A DNA stretch of 64,000 nucleotides from Reclinomonas americana ATCC 50394. Lineage: Eukaryota. This document shows, one piece after another, positions 28,064 to 38,452 of the stretch. A program made the position numbers and the translations under genes. Under the pieces are notes generated by a model, which ran no database searches, had not been told where the DNA came from, and saw only the letters and a list, made by a program, of their open reading frames with translations. The first letter of the stretch is position 1; each line of letters starts with the position of its first letter. The stretch lies in assembly GCA_048213135.1 (NCBI GenBank), contig PS015010.1:1364001-1428000 (forward strand), given 5' to 3'.

Positions 28064-28139
28064 CTGTTTTAACCGGGGAATAGATGTCCTGAATTGACTA
28101 CCCTTCTTATTCGTAAATTGCAGGCAGCAATCACACGTC

Positions 28140-28964
28140 ATGAAGAAAAGTATACTCTGCCTTTCTCTGGTTTTCAGCCTGTACAGCAGTTTCGCCGGTA
28201 AGATCGATACCCTCTGGGTAGAAAGTGCCGCTATGCATAAAACCGTACCCGCAGTTGTGATCGTACCCGATGACTATGCAACTACGCCAACCCGTTATCC
28301 CGTATTGTACCTGCTTCACGGCGCCGGTGGCGATTATAAGAACTGGCTGGCCATTGATACCGGTCTGGCCCGTTATGCCGATATGTACCATATCATTATC
28401 GTTTGTCCTGATGGCGGCAATACCAGTTGGTACTTCGACAGCCCGGTTGACAGTACCATGCGTTACGACACCTATGTGAGCAGCGAACTGGTAACCGCAG
28501 TAGACCGGCAGTACCGTACCCAGGCCGTACGAAAAAAAAGGGCCATCGCCGGGCTCAGCATGGGCGGACATGGCGCACTGTACCTGGCCATCCGTCACCC
28601 CGGAATATGGGCAGCCGCCGGCAGCATGAGCGGCGGTGTGGACATACGACCGTTTCCGAAAAACTGGGACATCGCTTTAAGGCTTGGGACTATTGACAGC
28701 AATCCATCCAACTGGGAAACGCATACCGTCATCAACATGATCTCCCGGTTGAAAGAACAACGCCTTGCCGTTATTTTTGATTGCGGCATCGATGATTTTT
28801 TCCTCCGGGTGAACCGCGACCTTCATGAAAAAATGCTGCGACTCGGCATCCCCCACGATTATATAGAAAGACCCGGTGCGCATAACCGTGCTTACTGGAA
28901 AAATGCACTCCCCTATCAGCTGGTATTTTTTGCTCGTGTTTTCGAACAGGCAGCCGGGCGGTAA
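28140..28964 (+). CDS. Secreted esterase (alpha/beta hydrolase, FrmB/XynC-like)
   Basis: Signal peptide, YPVLYLLHG, GLSMGG, DCGIDD, PGAH. Confidence 0.9.
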   Translation: MKKSILCLSLVFSLYSSFAGKIDTLWVESAAMHKTVPAVVIVPDDYATTPTRYPVLYLLHGAGGDYKNWLAIDTGLARYADMYHIIIVCPDGGNTSWYFDSPVDSTMRYDTYVSSELVTAVDRQYRTQAVRKKRAIAGLSMGGHGALYLAIRHPGIWAAAGSMSGGVDIRPFPKNWDIALRLGTIDSNPSNWETHTVINMISRLKEQRLAVIFDCGIDDFFLRVNRDLHEKMLRLGIPHDYIERPGAHNRAYWKNALPYQLVFFARVFEQAAGR

Positions 28965-29026
28965 ATGTTAAACGGTTGTTAGTTGCACGGAATTAATGGA
29001 CCGTAATCAGTAATTTAGCCCCGCCG

Positions 29027-30130
29027 ATGAAAAAAATAATATTCATTTTCTGTCTTCCTGTTTTCCTGCTGCACTCCGCCGCGATGGCGCAGTCTGCCAA
29101 CTCCGGTCTTAAAAAAGACATGGATGAGATCATGATGAAACAGGCCATGGTGTTTATTGATAATGGCAAGCCCGATGAGGCGATCGGTATGCTGAAGACA
29201 CTTCAGAAAAAGTATCCTGCCAATCCCGAATACCCTTACGAGATCGCTTATGCCCGGTATGTAAAAAAACAATACCCGCAGTCGGTAGCCATACTGGAGA
29301 AACTGGTACAGCAACCCGGCGCTTTTGGGAGGATGTACCATTTGCTGGGCAACTGCTACGATATCCTCGGCGACAGGAATAAAGCAGTGGATACCTATGA
29401 AAAAGGTATGGAACTTTTCCCCCATACCGGTCCTTTGTACCTGGAGATGGGCATCATCAGCCAGGCAAAAAAAGAACTGTACAATGCCCTGTGGTACTAC
29501 GAACGTGGAATAGAGGCTGACCCTATGTTTGCGTCCAACTATTACCGTGCTTCCAAACTGTATTTCACCTCCATTGAAAAAGTGTGGGGCATGATCTATG
29601 GTGAAATATTCCTGAACCTCGAACGCAATACACAACGCACCGCCGAGATCAGTAAATGGATGTATGAAACCTACAGAACACAAATACAACTGGTGAACGA
29701 TACCGGCATTGTGCTCAACTTCAGCCAGAATGCCTGGATCGATGGCCCCGGCCTGAAAAAAGACACCGGGGTAAAGAAGATCCCTTTTGGTACTGGTGTG
29801 TACCAGCCATTACTGAAGGCTGCTATCGCCGGTGAAAAGAAGATCGACCTGGAAGCGCTCTGCCGCATACGTACCCGTTTTCTCGACCAGTATTTCAAAA
29901 CAGAGACTTATCTCTCCTATCCTAATGTATTGTTTGATTACCAGTACAAAGTCTTCAAAGCCGGGCAACTGGATGCCTATAATCACTGGATATTGCTGGA
30001 TGAACAAAGCCCGGAGTTTAAAAAATGGATAGCCGCCAATGCCTCGCAATGGGACAAATTTATGAGCTGGTTCCGCGACAATACCATGTCCTTAGACGAT
30101 AAATACAAATTTTACAGGAAACAGTACTGA
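29027..30130 (+). CDS. Secreted TPR-repeat protein
   Basis: Signal peptide; TPR-like YHLLGNCYDILGDRNKAVDTYEKG, LYLEMG..ALWYYERGIEADP. Confidence 0.82.
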   Translation: MKKIIFIFCLPVFLLHSAAMAQSANSGLKKDMDEIMMKQAMVFIDNGKPDEAIGMLKTLQKKYPANPEYPYEIAYARYVKKQYPQSVAILEKLVQQPGAFGRMYHLLGNCYDILGDRNKAVDTYEKGMELFPHTGPLYLEMGIISQAKKELYNALWYYERGIEADPMFASNYYRASKLYFTSIEKVWGMIYGEIFLNLERNTQRTAEISKWMYETYRTQIQLVNDTGIVLNFSQNAWIDGPGLKKDTGVKKIPFGTGVYQPLLKAAIAGEKKIDLEALCRIRTRFLDQYFKTETYLSYPNVLFDYQYKVFKAGQLDAYNHWILLDEQSPEFKKWIAANASQWDKFMSWFRDNTMSLDDKYKFYRKQY

Positions 30131-30185
30131 CGGTTTGCCACCCCGCCGCATTTGTTGTATTTTACCGTTATAAAACAACTTGCTT

Positions 30186-31694
30186 ATGCGGATCCTCTTC
30201 TTCCTGCTGCTGCTTACTACCGTTAATGCCTATACGCAAAATGCGAAAACAGAAATACCTGTCCCAAAAAATGACCCTATCCCCGCGGGAATAACCGCCG
30301 TGATCACAAAGGGCAGCGTTACACTGCTGAACGGCCAGAAACTGGCGTATACCGCTCATACCGGGTACCTTGACCTGAAGAATGATACCGGCAAACTGAT
30401 CGCTAAAGTCTTTTTTACTTATTACAGAAAAGACGGTGAAGACCCTGCCAAAAGGCCCGTGTGCTTTACTTTCAATGGTGGTCCCGGCTCTTCTTCGGTA
30501 TGGCTGCATATGGGCGGACTGGGTCCCAAACGTGTAGCCCTGCTCAATGATGGCACCGCCCCCCCGCCGCCTTACCAGGTCATCAACAATGAATATACCT
30601 GGCTCGACAAAACTGATCTTGTTTTCATCGATCCCGTTGCCACCGGGTACAGTCGTGCCGCCAGCGGTGAAAGCCCCAAACAATTCCATGGTTATACAGA
30701 AGACATACAAAGTGTGGCTTCTTTCATCCGCAGTTTCCTGTCGAAGTATGAACGCTGGTCGTCGCCCAAATTCCTTGCAGGTGAAAGCTATGGTACCACA
30801 CGTGCCGCTGGGCTTTCCAAATTCCTTACCGACAATTACCGGCTTTACATCAACGGTATATTGCTGATATCTCCCGTGCTCAATTTCGGCACCAACGATT
30901 ATTATCCCGGTAATGACCTGCCCCGTGCCCTGTTCCTGCCCAGCTATACCGCCGCGGCCTGGTATCATAAAAAACTCGCCCCGACCCTGCAGGTCAACCT
31001 GCAGCAGGCTTTAAAGGAAAGCGAGAGCTTCGCTATGAATGAGTATGCACTGGCATTATTAAAGGGCGGCTGGCTGAGTGATACGGAAAAAGAAAAGATC
31101 GCGGAAAGGATGAGTTACCTCACCGGGCTGGATAAAGATTACATACTGCGGGCCAATTTAAGGGTGGATGAAAGCCGCTTTTATAAAGAATTGCGGAGAA
31201 AAGATGGCCTGGCCATAGGCAGGCTGGATGCCCGTTTTACCGGCCGCAATTATGACGATGCCGGGGAATCGGTAGACTTTGACCCTTCCTTTACCAATAT
31301 CGACGGACCCTTCACCAGCGCCATGAACGATTATTTTCAGCGTGACCTGAATTTCAAAGAAGAAAAGCCCTATAACATTTTCGGTAATGTATACCCCTGG
31401 AATTACAGCAATGTGCAGAACCAGTTCCTCAACGTGGCGGAAAGTCTCCGCGACGCCATGAATAAGAACACCCACCTGAAAGTATACGTGGGAAGCGGGT
31501 ATTATGATTTTGCCACGCCTTATTTTACGGCGGAATATGATTTGGAACATATGTTTCTCCGGCCTGAATTAAGAAAGAATGTTAAACATTATTTCTATGA
31601 ATCTGGACATATGTACTACATCCACAAGCCTTCCATGGTCCAGTTTAAAAAGGATGTAGACAGCTTCTTCGACTGGAGCAGTAATGTGAAGTAG
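30186..31694 (+). CDS. Serine carboxypeptidase, peptidase S10 family
   Basis: FNGGPGSSS, FIDPVATGYS, GESYG, GYYDFATP, ESGHM. Confidence 0.93.
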   Translation: MRILFFLLLLTTVNAYTQNAKTEIPVPKNDPIPAGITAVITKGSVTLLNGQKLAYTAHTGYLDLKNDTGKLIAKVFFTYYRKDGEDPAKRPVCFTFNGGPGSSSVWLHMGGLGPKRVALLNDGTAPPPPYQVINNEYTWLDKTDLVFIDPVATGYSRAASGESPKQFHGYTEDIQSVASFIRSFLSKYERWSSPKFLAGESYGTTRAAGLSKFLTDNYRLYINGILLISPVLNFGTNDYYPGNDLPRALFLPSYTAAAWYHKKLAPTLQVNLQQALKESESFAMNEYALALLKGGWLSDTEKEKIAERMSYLTGLDKDYILRANLRVDESRFYKELRRKDGLAIGRLDARFTGRNYDDAGESVDFDPSFTNIDGPFTSAMNDYFQRDLNFKEEKPYNIFGNVYPWNYSNVQNQFLNVAESLRDAMNKNTHLKVYVGSGYYDFATPYFTAEYDLEHMFLRPELRKNVKHYFYESGHMYYIHKPSMVQFKKDVDSFFDWSSNVK

Positions 31695-31858
31695 TGCAGC
31701 TTAAAAAGATAAACAAACGTGCAATCCCTGTGGCATTGCCGGTATAACTGTGGTCAATTTTACGCAACAATCCTCCCTAAAACATACCGCACCACCTTTT
31801 GGCATCATTTTTTCAGTAGGTATAGAAACGATTCTTAACACATTTAAAATACCTGACT

Positions 31859-32299
31859 ATGAAAAAATTATTTGCCACTGCCATCATTATGGCCCTGTTC
31901 TCCACCATCCTGGTATCGTGCAGTAAAAACGACGATGATAATAATACTACCAGCACCCCTGTAGCCACCATCATGGGCTCCGGAACCTGGACGGTAAGTT
32001 CTTTCAGTGACCATGGCACCAACAGGACCGCCGAGTTCGCCGGTTATACTTTTACGTATGAAGGGGCTGGATATACGGCCGCCATACTGGCAAGCGTAGT
32101 TACCAATGGTACATGGGGCACCACTACTACCGACGGCCAGGAAAGGGTTCAGCTGGATTATGGTACGACCGCCCCGCTGAGCGCCCTCAAAAACGACTGG
32201 AAGGTTGCCGGTAAAACGACTACGGATGTACAATTGGTAGATGTGGACGCATCGGGAACGCTCAACTACCAGCTGACGATCTCGAGGATCGTTCGCTAA
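31859..32299 (+). CDS. Lipoprotein, hypothetical (lipocalin-like)
   Basis: Lipobox LVSC followed by SKNDDD; GTW motifs. Confidence 0.75.
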   Translation: MKKLFATAIIMALFSTILVSCSKNDDDNNTTSTPVATIMGSGTWTVSSFSDHGTNRTAEFAGYTFTYEGAGYTAAILASVVTNGTWGTTTTDGQERVQLDYGTTAPLSALKNDWKVAGKTTTDVQLVDVDASGTLNYQLTISRIVR

Positions 32300-32327
32300 A
32301 GAGATTAAAGAAAATGTAAACCATGTC

Positions 32328-32356
32328 AGGCGTACCAAAACAGGTACGCCTTTTTT
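32328..32356 (+). terminator. Intrinsic terminator
   Basis: AGGCGTACC-aaaaca-GGTACGCCT-TTTTT. Confidence 0.8.
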
Positions 32357-32360
32357 ATGC

Positions 32361-33053
32361 TCAGGACATAGCGAAATCGACTGCCGCTTCCGCGTGTATA
32401 AAGGCCGTATCGAATACAGGGATCTCACAATCTTCCTGTTTAATAAGGATGGGTATTTCGGTGCAGCCGAGAATAACGCCCTGCGCTCCTTTAGCAGCAA
32501 GTATTTCTATAATGGAAAGGAATTCCCTCTTTCGTTCGGGCAGGAATATGCCTTTCCCGAATTCATTGTAAATGCAGGTATTGATGAATTCAATTTCTTT
32601 TTCACCGGGAATGATTACGTCTATTCCATGCCTGATGAGCCTGTCGCGGTAAAAATCCATCTGCATCGTGTATTTCGTGCCCAGCAATGCCACTTTATGC
32701 AGGGCTTTTGCTTTGATCTTGCGGGCAACCGCATCGGCAATATGTATCAGCGGTACATTAATCACGGCTTCCACCCTTTCGGCAATGTTGTGCATGGTAT
32801 TGGCACCAATCATAATACTATCGGCACCGGCTTTTTCCAGCGCCCGGGCCACATCACACATGATCGATGCAATACCATCCCAGTCATGCTTTTCCGTCAG
32901 TTCCTTTATCTCCGCGAAATTCACCGACCAGGTCAGCACTTTGGCGGAAGACACGCCACCCAGCCTGGCGTTCACCATTTCATTCATCAGTTTATAATAA
33001 TCCATGGTGGAATACCAGGTTATACCACCGATCAATCCGATTGTTTTCATCAA
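32361..33053 (-). CDS. Aspartate/glutamate racemase family
   Basis: IGLIGGITWYST, ANTMH, LLGTKYTM, ILGCTEI. Confidence 0.92.
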   Translation of the reverse strand: MMKTIGLIGGITWYSTMDYYKLMNEMVNARLGGVSSAKVLTWSVNFAEIKELTEKHDWDGIASIMCDVARALEKAGADSIMIGANTMHNIAERVEAVINVPLIHIADAVARKIKAKALHKVALLGTKYTMQMDFYRDRLIRHGIDVIIPGEKEIEFINTCIYNEFGKGIFLPERKREFLSIIEILAAKGAQGVILGCTEIPILIKQEDCEIPVFDTAFIHAEAAVDFAMS

Positions 33054-33601
33054 TGTGCTTTGTTTTTGCTGAAACGGGCCGATATGATGTCGAGTTCTTT
33101 CTTACCGAGCCGGGTCGTCTTTTTCAGGATATCGATAAACGCCGCCACTTCTTCTTCACTCGCCGGGCAACCGATATTCTGATGGGTCACTTTACCGTCG
33201 GGCCCTTTTGATTTCATCCGGGAATCGAACAGCAGTTCGCCTTTCGCATCCAGTACCGCCCAGAACGGCAGTCCCTGTTCTTTTCCTCCATACTTTGTTT
33301 TAATAGCATCCCCACCCGGGTTTTCAAGGTCTTTCTTATCCTTGCTCTCTTCTACCGTGAGGTGTTCGATCACAAAGTTATCGTCAAAATATTTCTTTAC
33401 CAGCGGATCATTCAGCGAGTTGTCCATTTTATGGCACCAGCCGCACCAGGAGGCGTGAAAGATCAGTATTATTTTCTTCTTCTCTTTTTGGGCTTTGGAA
33501 ACGGCCGTTTGTATTACTTTATCGGCAGGCAGCACTTTCGTTTGTGCGCCGGCGTTATACAACAGGAAGGATGCCAGCAGCAGTAAGGTGGTATGTTTCA
33601 T
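33050..33601 (-). CDS. Secreted thioredoxin-family protein
   Basis: Signal peptide, FHASWCGWC. Confidence 0.88.
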   Translation of the reverse strand: MKHTTLLLLASFLLYNAGAQTKVLPADKVIQTAVSKAQKEKKKIILIFHASWCGWCHKMDNSLNDPLVKKYFDDNFVIEHLTVEESKDKKDLENPGGDAIKTKYGGKEQGLPFWAVLDAKGELLFDSRMKSKGPDGKVTHQNIGCPASEEEVAAFIDILKKTTRLGKKELDIISARFSKNKAH

Positions 33602-33701
33602 GTCGGTTATTTTTTAAGCTAAAGTAGAACGCAGGAAGCGCTGTTGAATTGCCCGCGGTCTTTGTTTAACATTTCTTTACCACATCGGCGGTAATCATCA
33701 A

Positions 33702-34928
33702 CTACAGGTTTTCCTGTGGAATGGCTTCCACCCATTTCACCAGGTCTGCATTGCCTTTTACATTAGCCGCGGTCCAGCGCAGGTTGAAGAGACCGCCCAT
33801 GAGTACCTTTACATCTGTATATCCTTTTTCTGATAATTTTTTCGCGGCTGTAAATGCTTCTTTGCTGCTGCCAAAGGCGTATACGACCAGGGTTGACGAC
33901 AGGCCGGCGGCGGAAGGCAGCGGGGCTCCAGCTTCCAGTTGAGCCAAAGGAAAATGAATTGCACCTCTTATGCGGCCGATATTCCGCCAGGTCTCTTTGT
34001 GCCGGCCTTCATACTCTGTACTGTCGCGTACATCAACGAATATAAGTTCCTTGCTCGACTGCAGGAGACGGTTCAGTTCCGGCGAAGTAATAGTACTGAA
34101 AGAAGCCGGGGATATATAAGTTCCCGGATCGCATTTCAGCAGCGTTTTATCTGTAAGCAGGTAACGGTCTATACCTTCCAGCAGTACAGATACATTCGGA
34201 TAGCCTTGCTCCTTCAGCCAGGCAGCGGCTTTCGATGCTTCATCGCCATAGATATCCACCACTACAATATCTTTTTCTTTTGGCAACCGGCTGCGTGGTG
34301 ATATGGGAAGATCGTTCAGCGGAATGTGTACAGAACGGGCGAAACGGCCATAAGCATCCACTTTGGCGTCGCCGGTAATGTGGTTGTAGGAAGAGTCTGA
34401 CCGCACATCGAGAATAAGCAGGTTGCCGGTATTCTTTTTAATGCGATCGCAAAGCGCTGCCGGGGGAATGACCTTATAGCCTACCTGTGTAATGATCAGT
34501 TGCTGCAGGCAATCATCTTTATAAAATTGCCGGAGGCCGGTAACACCGCCATTTACATTGAACACTTTTTTAAACCCGCTGTCTGCCAGCATTTTGGACG
34601 CTCTTCGGCTGCGCTGGCTGTGCGAACAATACACAAATATGGGTTTATCCTTGTAAGCGTTGAGTTCTCCCAACCGGCTTCCCAGTTCCCTTACATTGAT
34701 GTTGGAAGCACCCCTCAACCGCCCCAGGTTATATCCCGCCGAAGAAGAAGTGTCTTCATATTCTCCCTTCGACCGCACGTCAAGCAGGAGGTAGCCCGGG
34801 TTGGCATTCAGTTGTTGGCAGAGTTCCTGCGGAAAAACGGTTTTGAAGAGTACATTATCATTTTTATACTGTGCCAGTCCCGACAGGCAAAGGCACAGCA
34901 AAAGAGGAAGGCAAGTTATTTTTTTCAT
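33702..34928 (-). CDS. Secreted protein with three rhodanese-like domains
   Basis: Three LLDVR/ILDVR/FVDVR units; YCSHSQRS in the first. Start reassigned to MKKITC at 34928. Confidence 0.85.
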   Translation of the reverse strand: MKKITCLPLLLCLCLSGLAQYKNDNVLFKTVFPQELCQQLNANPGYLLLDVRSKGEYEDTSSSAGYNLGRLRGASNINVRELGSRLGELNAYKDKPIFVYCSHSQRSRRASKMLADSGFKKVFNVNGGVTGLRQFYKDDCLQQLIITQVGYKVIPPAALCDRIKKNTGNLLILDVRSDSSYNHITGDAKVDAYGRFARSVHIPLNDLPISPRSRLPKEKDIVVVDIYGDEASKAAAWLKEQGYPNVSVLLEGIDRYLLTDKTLLKCDPGTYISPASFSTITSPELNRLLQSSKELIFVDVRDSTEYEGRHKETWRNIGRIRGAIHFPLAQLEAGAPLPSAAGLSSTLVVYAFGSSKEAFTAAKKLSEKGYTDVKVLMGGLFNLRWTAANVKGNADLVKWVEAIPQENL

Positions 34929-35101
34929 GGCGGCAGTTTGTATAATGAAGATAAACAATATAAGAGGAATGCGGGACGGGATGGGATAAGTGGTCAATAT
35001 GCAAATGCGAAGATTACTCAGTATGAAAATTTTACTGACTCACTTCTTCCTGTCATGATCACACAGTTTTTTAATTTTGATTTTTTATTTTTGACTTTAT
35101 C

Positions 35102-35890
35102 ATGATCACAGCCTATAACTTCATCGCTTCCTGGCAACTTTTTCCTGAAAAAGGTACGTATGAGTCGGGAGAGCGGCCCAAATCCGGCGTATATAAAATA
35201 GAGGGGGCCGACAACAGGAAGGAACTGAAGATCAGCAAAAACTGGGTAACCCTCAGCAACCAGGCTTTTGATGCTTCCTATGCACTGGTGGCCGATGGAG
35301 AAAAACATCATTTTGAAGACAGCGACCTCGCCGACAGGGTGCAGACCATCTTTACCGACGCCATCAACTTTACCGTTCATTTCTTTAAACAGGATGAAGT
35401 GGTGATGGAAGTGTCGCATTTATTGCTGCCCAATGGCTACCTCAGTGTTACGGAAAAAGGTACCACCGCCGATGGCAAGCCCTTCATCAATACCGAGATC
35501 TATCACAAACAAATGAGTGTCCTCCCCTATGCCGCTTCTGTATCGGGAGCCGTTATCAAACCTACGGAGGAAGGTGTGATCAGGCACAAGGCATTAACGG
35601 CCATGGAAGAGCAGACGAACATGCAACTGGAGCAGATCCGCAAGCAGATTGAATTGCTGGCCCTTCAGGCACAGGAGATACAGGCCCGCAAGGAACTCTC
35701 AATGATCATCTACAACGCCAAACTCAGTTTCGCACCGGTGATCGGCACCATCTACTATCTTTACGAAAAAACAGACAGTACCCATTTTGTATCAATGGTA
35801 AGCCCGAAAGAATGGGGAGGCAAAGGCCCCTACAGGCAGTTTGTGGCACAGGTAAAGCTGCTGGCCGATCATACCTGGGTGGAAGTATAA
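35102..35890 (+). CDS. DUF2452-like protein
   Basis: C-terminal LPYAASV..QLEQIRKQIELL..YNAKLSFAPVIGTIYYLY..VSPKEW..LLADHTW. Confidence 0.7.
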   Translation: MITAYNFIASWQLFPEKGTYESGERPKSGVYKIEGADNRKELKISKNWVTLSNQAFDASYALVADGEKHHFEDSDLADRVQTIFTDAINFTVHFFKQDEVVMEVSHLLLPNGYLSVTEKGTTADGKPFINTEIYHKQMSVLPYAASVSGAVIKPTEEGVIRHKALTAMEEQTNMQLEQIRKQIELLALQAQEIQARKELSMIIYNAKLSFAPVIGTIYYLYEKTDSTHFVSMVSPKEWGGKGPYRQFVAQVKLLADHTWVEV

Positions 35891-35947
35891 AAGCGCTTAT
35901 GTAATCGGGTTTATTTTGTCATCTTCAGCATAACCAAAACCAACAGC

Positions 35948-36427
35948 ATGTCTACCAATTCCAGGATCCGCCAAGAAAGAGAAGTGGTACTCAAAGCCTG
36001 GCTTATCGCCGGCACCATTGATATCTGCCTCGCCTTCCTCTACAGCTATATCAAAAACGATGTAACACCCGATAAAGTGCTGTCCTACATTTCGAAGATC
36101 GCGTTCAAAGGAAATATTACTTCCACCGCGTTGCTAGTCATAACAGGATTATTGGTGCATTATATCATTGCACTGGTATGGACGATGATTTACTACAAAG
36201 CCGCTCCCAAAGCCTATCTCCTGCGCAGCAACTTCTGGCTGGGCGCTGTTATTTATGGTCTTTTTGTATGGGGGATGATGAACCTGGTGATTGTGCCCAT
36301 CTGGACAGGCAAGCCTGTAAAACTTGATCCTGTTAATTCTCCTGCCAATGCCGTGATACTCATCATCGCCATCGGCATACCGCTGTCCTATTTTATTGGT
36401 GGCCTGTTCAGGAAGAAAGAAGTTTAG
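35948..36427 (+). CDS. Membrane protein (4 TM), hypothetical
   Basis: Four hydrophobic segments; GLLVHYII, MNLVIVP. Confidence 0.75.
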   Translation: MSTNSRIRQEREVVLKAWLIAGTIDICLAFLYSYIKNDVTPDKVLSYISKIAFKGNITSTALLVITGLLVHYIIALVWTMIYYKAAPKAYLLRSNFWLGAVIYGLFVWGMMNLVIVPIWTGKPVKLDPVNSPANAVILIIAIGIPLSYFIGGLFRKKEV

Positions 36428-37230
36428 GCAACAGTTTCGTTGGAGCCCTCACCCATAGCTGCTTTTTTCATTTCTGCCGCTTTGCTGTGGCCGAGGTATT
36501 TTTCTATCCAGGCATGAACCAGGTAGATGACGGGCGTTAAAACAATGGCCACCACAAATTTGTAAATATAGTTACCTGTACCGGTCACGAGCACCTGGTG
36601 CAGGCTCCAGGGTTCGCCCTGGTTGGTTTGTATGCGTTTACCCACATAAAAAGCGATGAACAGCACCACAAAACTGTCGATCAGCTGCGATACGAGTGTT
36701 GAACCAGTGGCCCTGAGCCAGATGTTCTTCTCCCCTGTTATTTTTTTGATGCGGTGAAACACCAGTACATCCAGCAACTGGCCAATGAGGAAGGCCACCA
36801 TGGAACCAATGATGATCCACATACCCTGGCCAAAAATGCCGCGGAAAGCACTGTCAGGCTTGTCGATGCCATTACCGATAGAAAAATATTCCGACGGCGA
36901 CAAAGCAATGGCGCCATTGAAAATGAGGAAGGCATAGGTAATGAGCCCGATGGTGAGGTAGGATAAAAACTTCACGCCCTTCGTTCCGTAGTATTCATTG
37001 ATGATGTCGGTCATAATGAACACCACCGGCCATAGCAGTACACCTGCTGTAAGGTGAAAACTGAACGGGCTTCCAAAGAGGTTGATATTGGCCCTTTTAA
37101 TGCCGAGTGTATCTTCCAGCGAAAATATTTTTACACCAATCACTTCAGCGATGAGCGCGCTGGCAATGAATATACCACCCAGTATGATGAACAACCGGGT
37201 GCCTTTGTCTTTGAGTATGGCGTGTATCAT
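36424..37230 (-). CDS. Queuosine precursor transporter (YhhQ/VUT family)
   Basis: TDIINEYYG, GSMVAFLIGQLLDV, WLRATGSTLVSQLIDS. Confidence 0.9.
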   Translation of the reverse strand: MIHAILKDKGTRLFIILGGIFIASALIAEVIGVKIFSLEDTLGIKRANINLFGSPFSFHLTAGVLLWPVVFIMTDIINEYYGTKGVKFLSYLTIGLITYAFLIFNGAIALSPSEYFSIGNGIDKPDSAFRGIFGQGMWIIIGSMVAFLIGQLLDVLVFHRIKKITGEKNIWLRATGSTLVSQLIDSFVVLFIAFYVGKRIQTNQGEPWSLHQVLVTGTGNYIYKFVVAIVLTPVIYLVHAWIEKYLGHSKAAEMKKAAMGEGSNETVA

Positions 37231-37523
37231 TATTTAGAAAAAAAGTAAAAGTAAACCTGGAACAGGAAAACGGCGATATTAAAAATAAGGATCACTTTGG
37301 ACATTTTCAATTCCATTTTCAAGGCGGCCCTGATAAACACAATCAGCAGGAACAGGATATTGACCAGTATGGCTACCTGCGCCAGCACAACAATCGACCC
37401 CCTTATCGCGTCCAGTGGCCTGGGCACTTCCCCATCCCCGATATAAAGTTTGGTATAATAGAAAAATGGCTGCAGGAGAAAACAGCAGTTGAGGAGGAGG
37501 ACAAATTTGGAGAAAGTACGCAT
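37230..37523 (-). CDS. Small membrane protein, hypothetical
   Basis: 97 aa with three hydrophobic segments; stop overlaps the start of the next gene. Confidence 0.6.
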   Translation of the reverse strand: MRTFSKFVLLLNCCFLLQPFFYYTKLYIGDGEVPRPLDAIRGSIVVLAQVAILVNILFLLIVFIRAALKMELKMSKVILIFNIAVFLFQVYFYFFSK

Positions 37524-37527
37524 AGAA

Positions 37528-37650
37528 CTGATGTGATGATTTGACGATTTGATGATTTGATAATTGTGCGCTTAATTACCCTGATCGTGTTCAGTAGCCC
37601 GGCTGATCTTATCATTATCAAATCTGCTAATTGCCTAATTTCCAAATCAG
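37528..37650. repeat. Inverted pair of degenerate octamer arrays
   Basis: GATGATTT GACGATTT GATGATTT GATAATT ... CAAATCTG CTAATTGC CTAATTTC CAAATCAG. Confidence 0.7.
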
Positions 37651-38303
37651 CCATTCTTCCCCGTCAGCATCGGCACAAAGGAAAAATGTTCAAACGCTTC
37701 TTCCGATACACCGCCATCGGGCAGTTTGGTAAGCCGCAGCATACGCTGGTGTTCGCCTTCATCTACCGGTATCACCATTTTACCCCCGGTCTTCATTTGT
37801 GCCACCAGTTTGGGCGGTATAAACGGCGCCGCGGCGGTAATGATCACTTTGTCAAAAGGCGCAAATGTAGGCAGGCCTTCATATCCGTCTCCGTAGAAAA
37901 ATTTCAGGTTGGGATATTGTGTCCTGAAAATATATTGCTTCGTTTTATCGAACAGGGCCTTCTGTCTTTCTATGGTAAATACCTTCGCTCCCATTTCCGC
38001 TAAAACCGTTGCCTGGTAAATACTGCCGGTGCCGATCTCCAGTACTTTGTCGTGCGGTTTTATTTCCAGCAGCTGGCTCTGGTAAGCAACGGTGTAAGGT
38101 TGCGATATGGTCTGTCCTTCAGCAATGGGAAAAGCCCGGTCTTCATAAGCGATCTCATCAAAAGCGCTGTCGAGGAAATAATGACGGGGTATATCGTTTA
38201 TGGCAGACAACACTTTTTCATCTGTGATGCCTTTGTTTCTCAGCAGGTCAACCAGTTTTTTCCGGAGTCCTTTGTGGCGGTATGTATCTTCGTACTTTCT
38301 CAT
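37647..38303 (-). CDS. pcm: Protein-L-isoaspartate O-methyltransferase
   Basis: GQTISQPY, VLEIGTGS, GDGYEG..APFDKVIITAA, FSFVPM. Start reassigned to MRKYEDTY. Confidence 0.94.
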   Translation of the reverse strand: MRKYEDTYRHKGLRKKLVDLLRNKGITDEKVLSAINDIPRHYFLDSAFDEIAYEDRAFPIAEGQTISQPYTVAYQSQLLEIKPHDKVLEIGTGSIYQATVLAEMGAKVFTIERQKALFDKTKQYIFRTQYPNLKFFYGDGYEGLPTFAPFDKVIITAAAPFIPPKLVAQMKTGGKMVIPVDEGEHQRMLRLTKLPDGGVSEEAFEHFSFVPMLTGKNG

Positions 38304-38452
38304 GGCAATTTCCAGCCACGAATTACCTTCTTTTTCACGATAAAACAAAATCATAGCCATTTACTGTTTACCATTGACCGTCATGGCGAGTAAAATGACA
38401 GACAATCATCGCTCATACAAACGCCCAATGGTAAATCGTAAATGCAAATGGG

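Noticed and set aside
37230-37650. preQ1 riboswitch upstream of the queuosine precursor transporter
   Set aside because: The gene is translationally coupled to an upstream ORF, and the nearby spacer holds octamer repeats, not a recognisable preQ1 aptamer.
37557-38003. 148-aa plus ORF starting in the octamer repeats
   Set aside because: Repeat-derived N-terminus and antisense to pcm.
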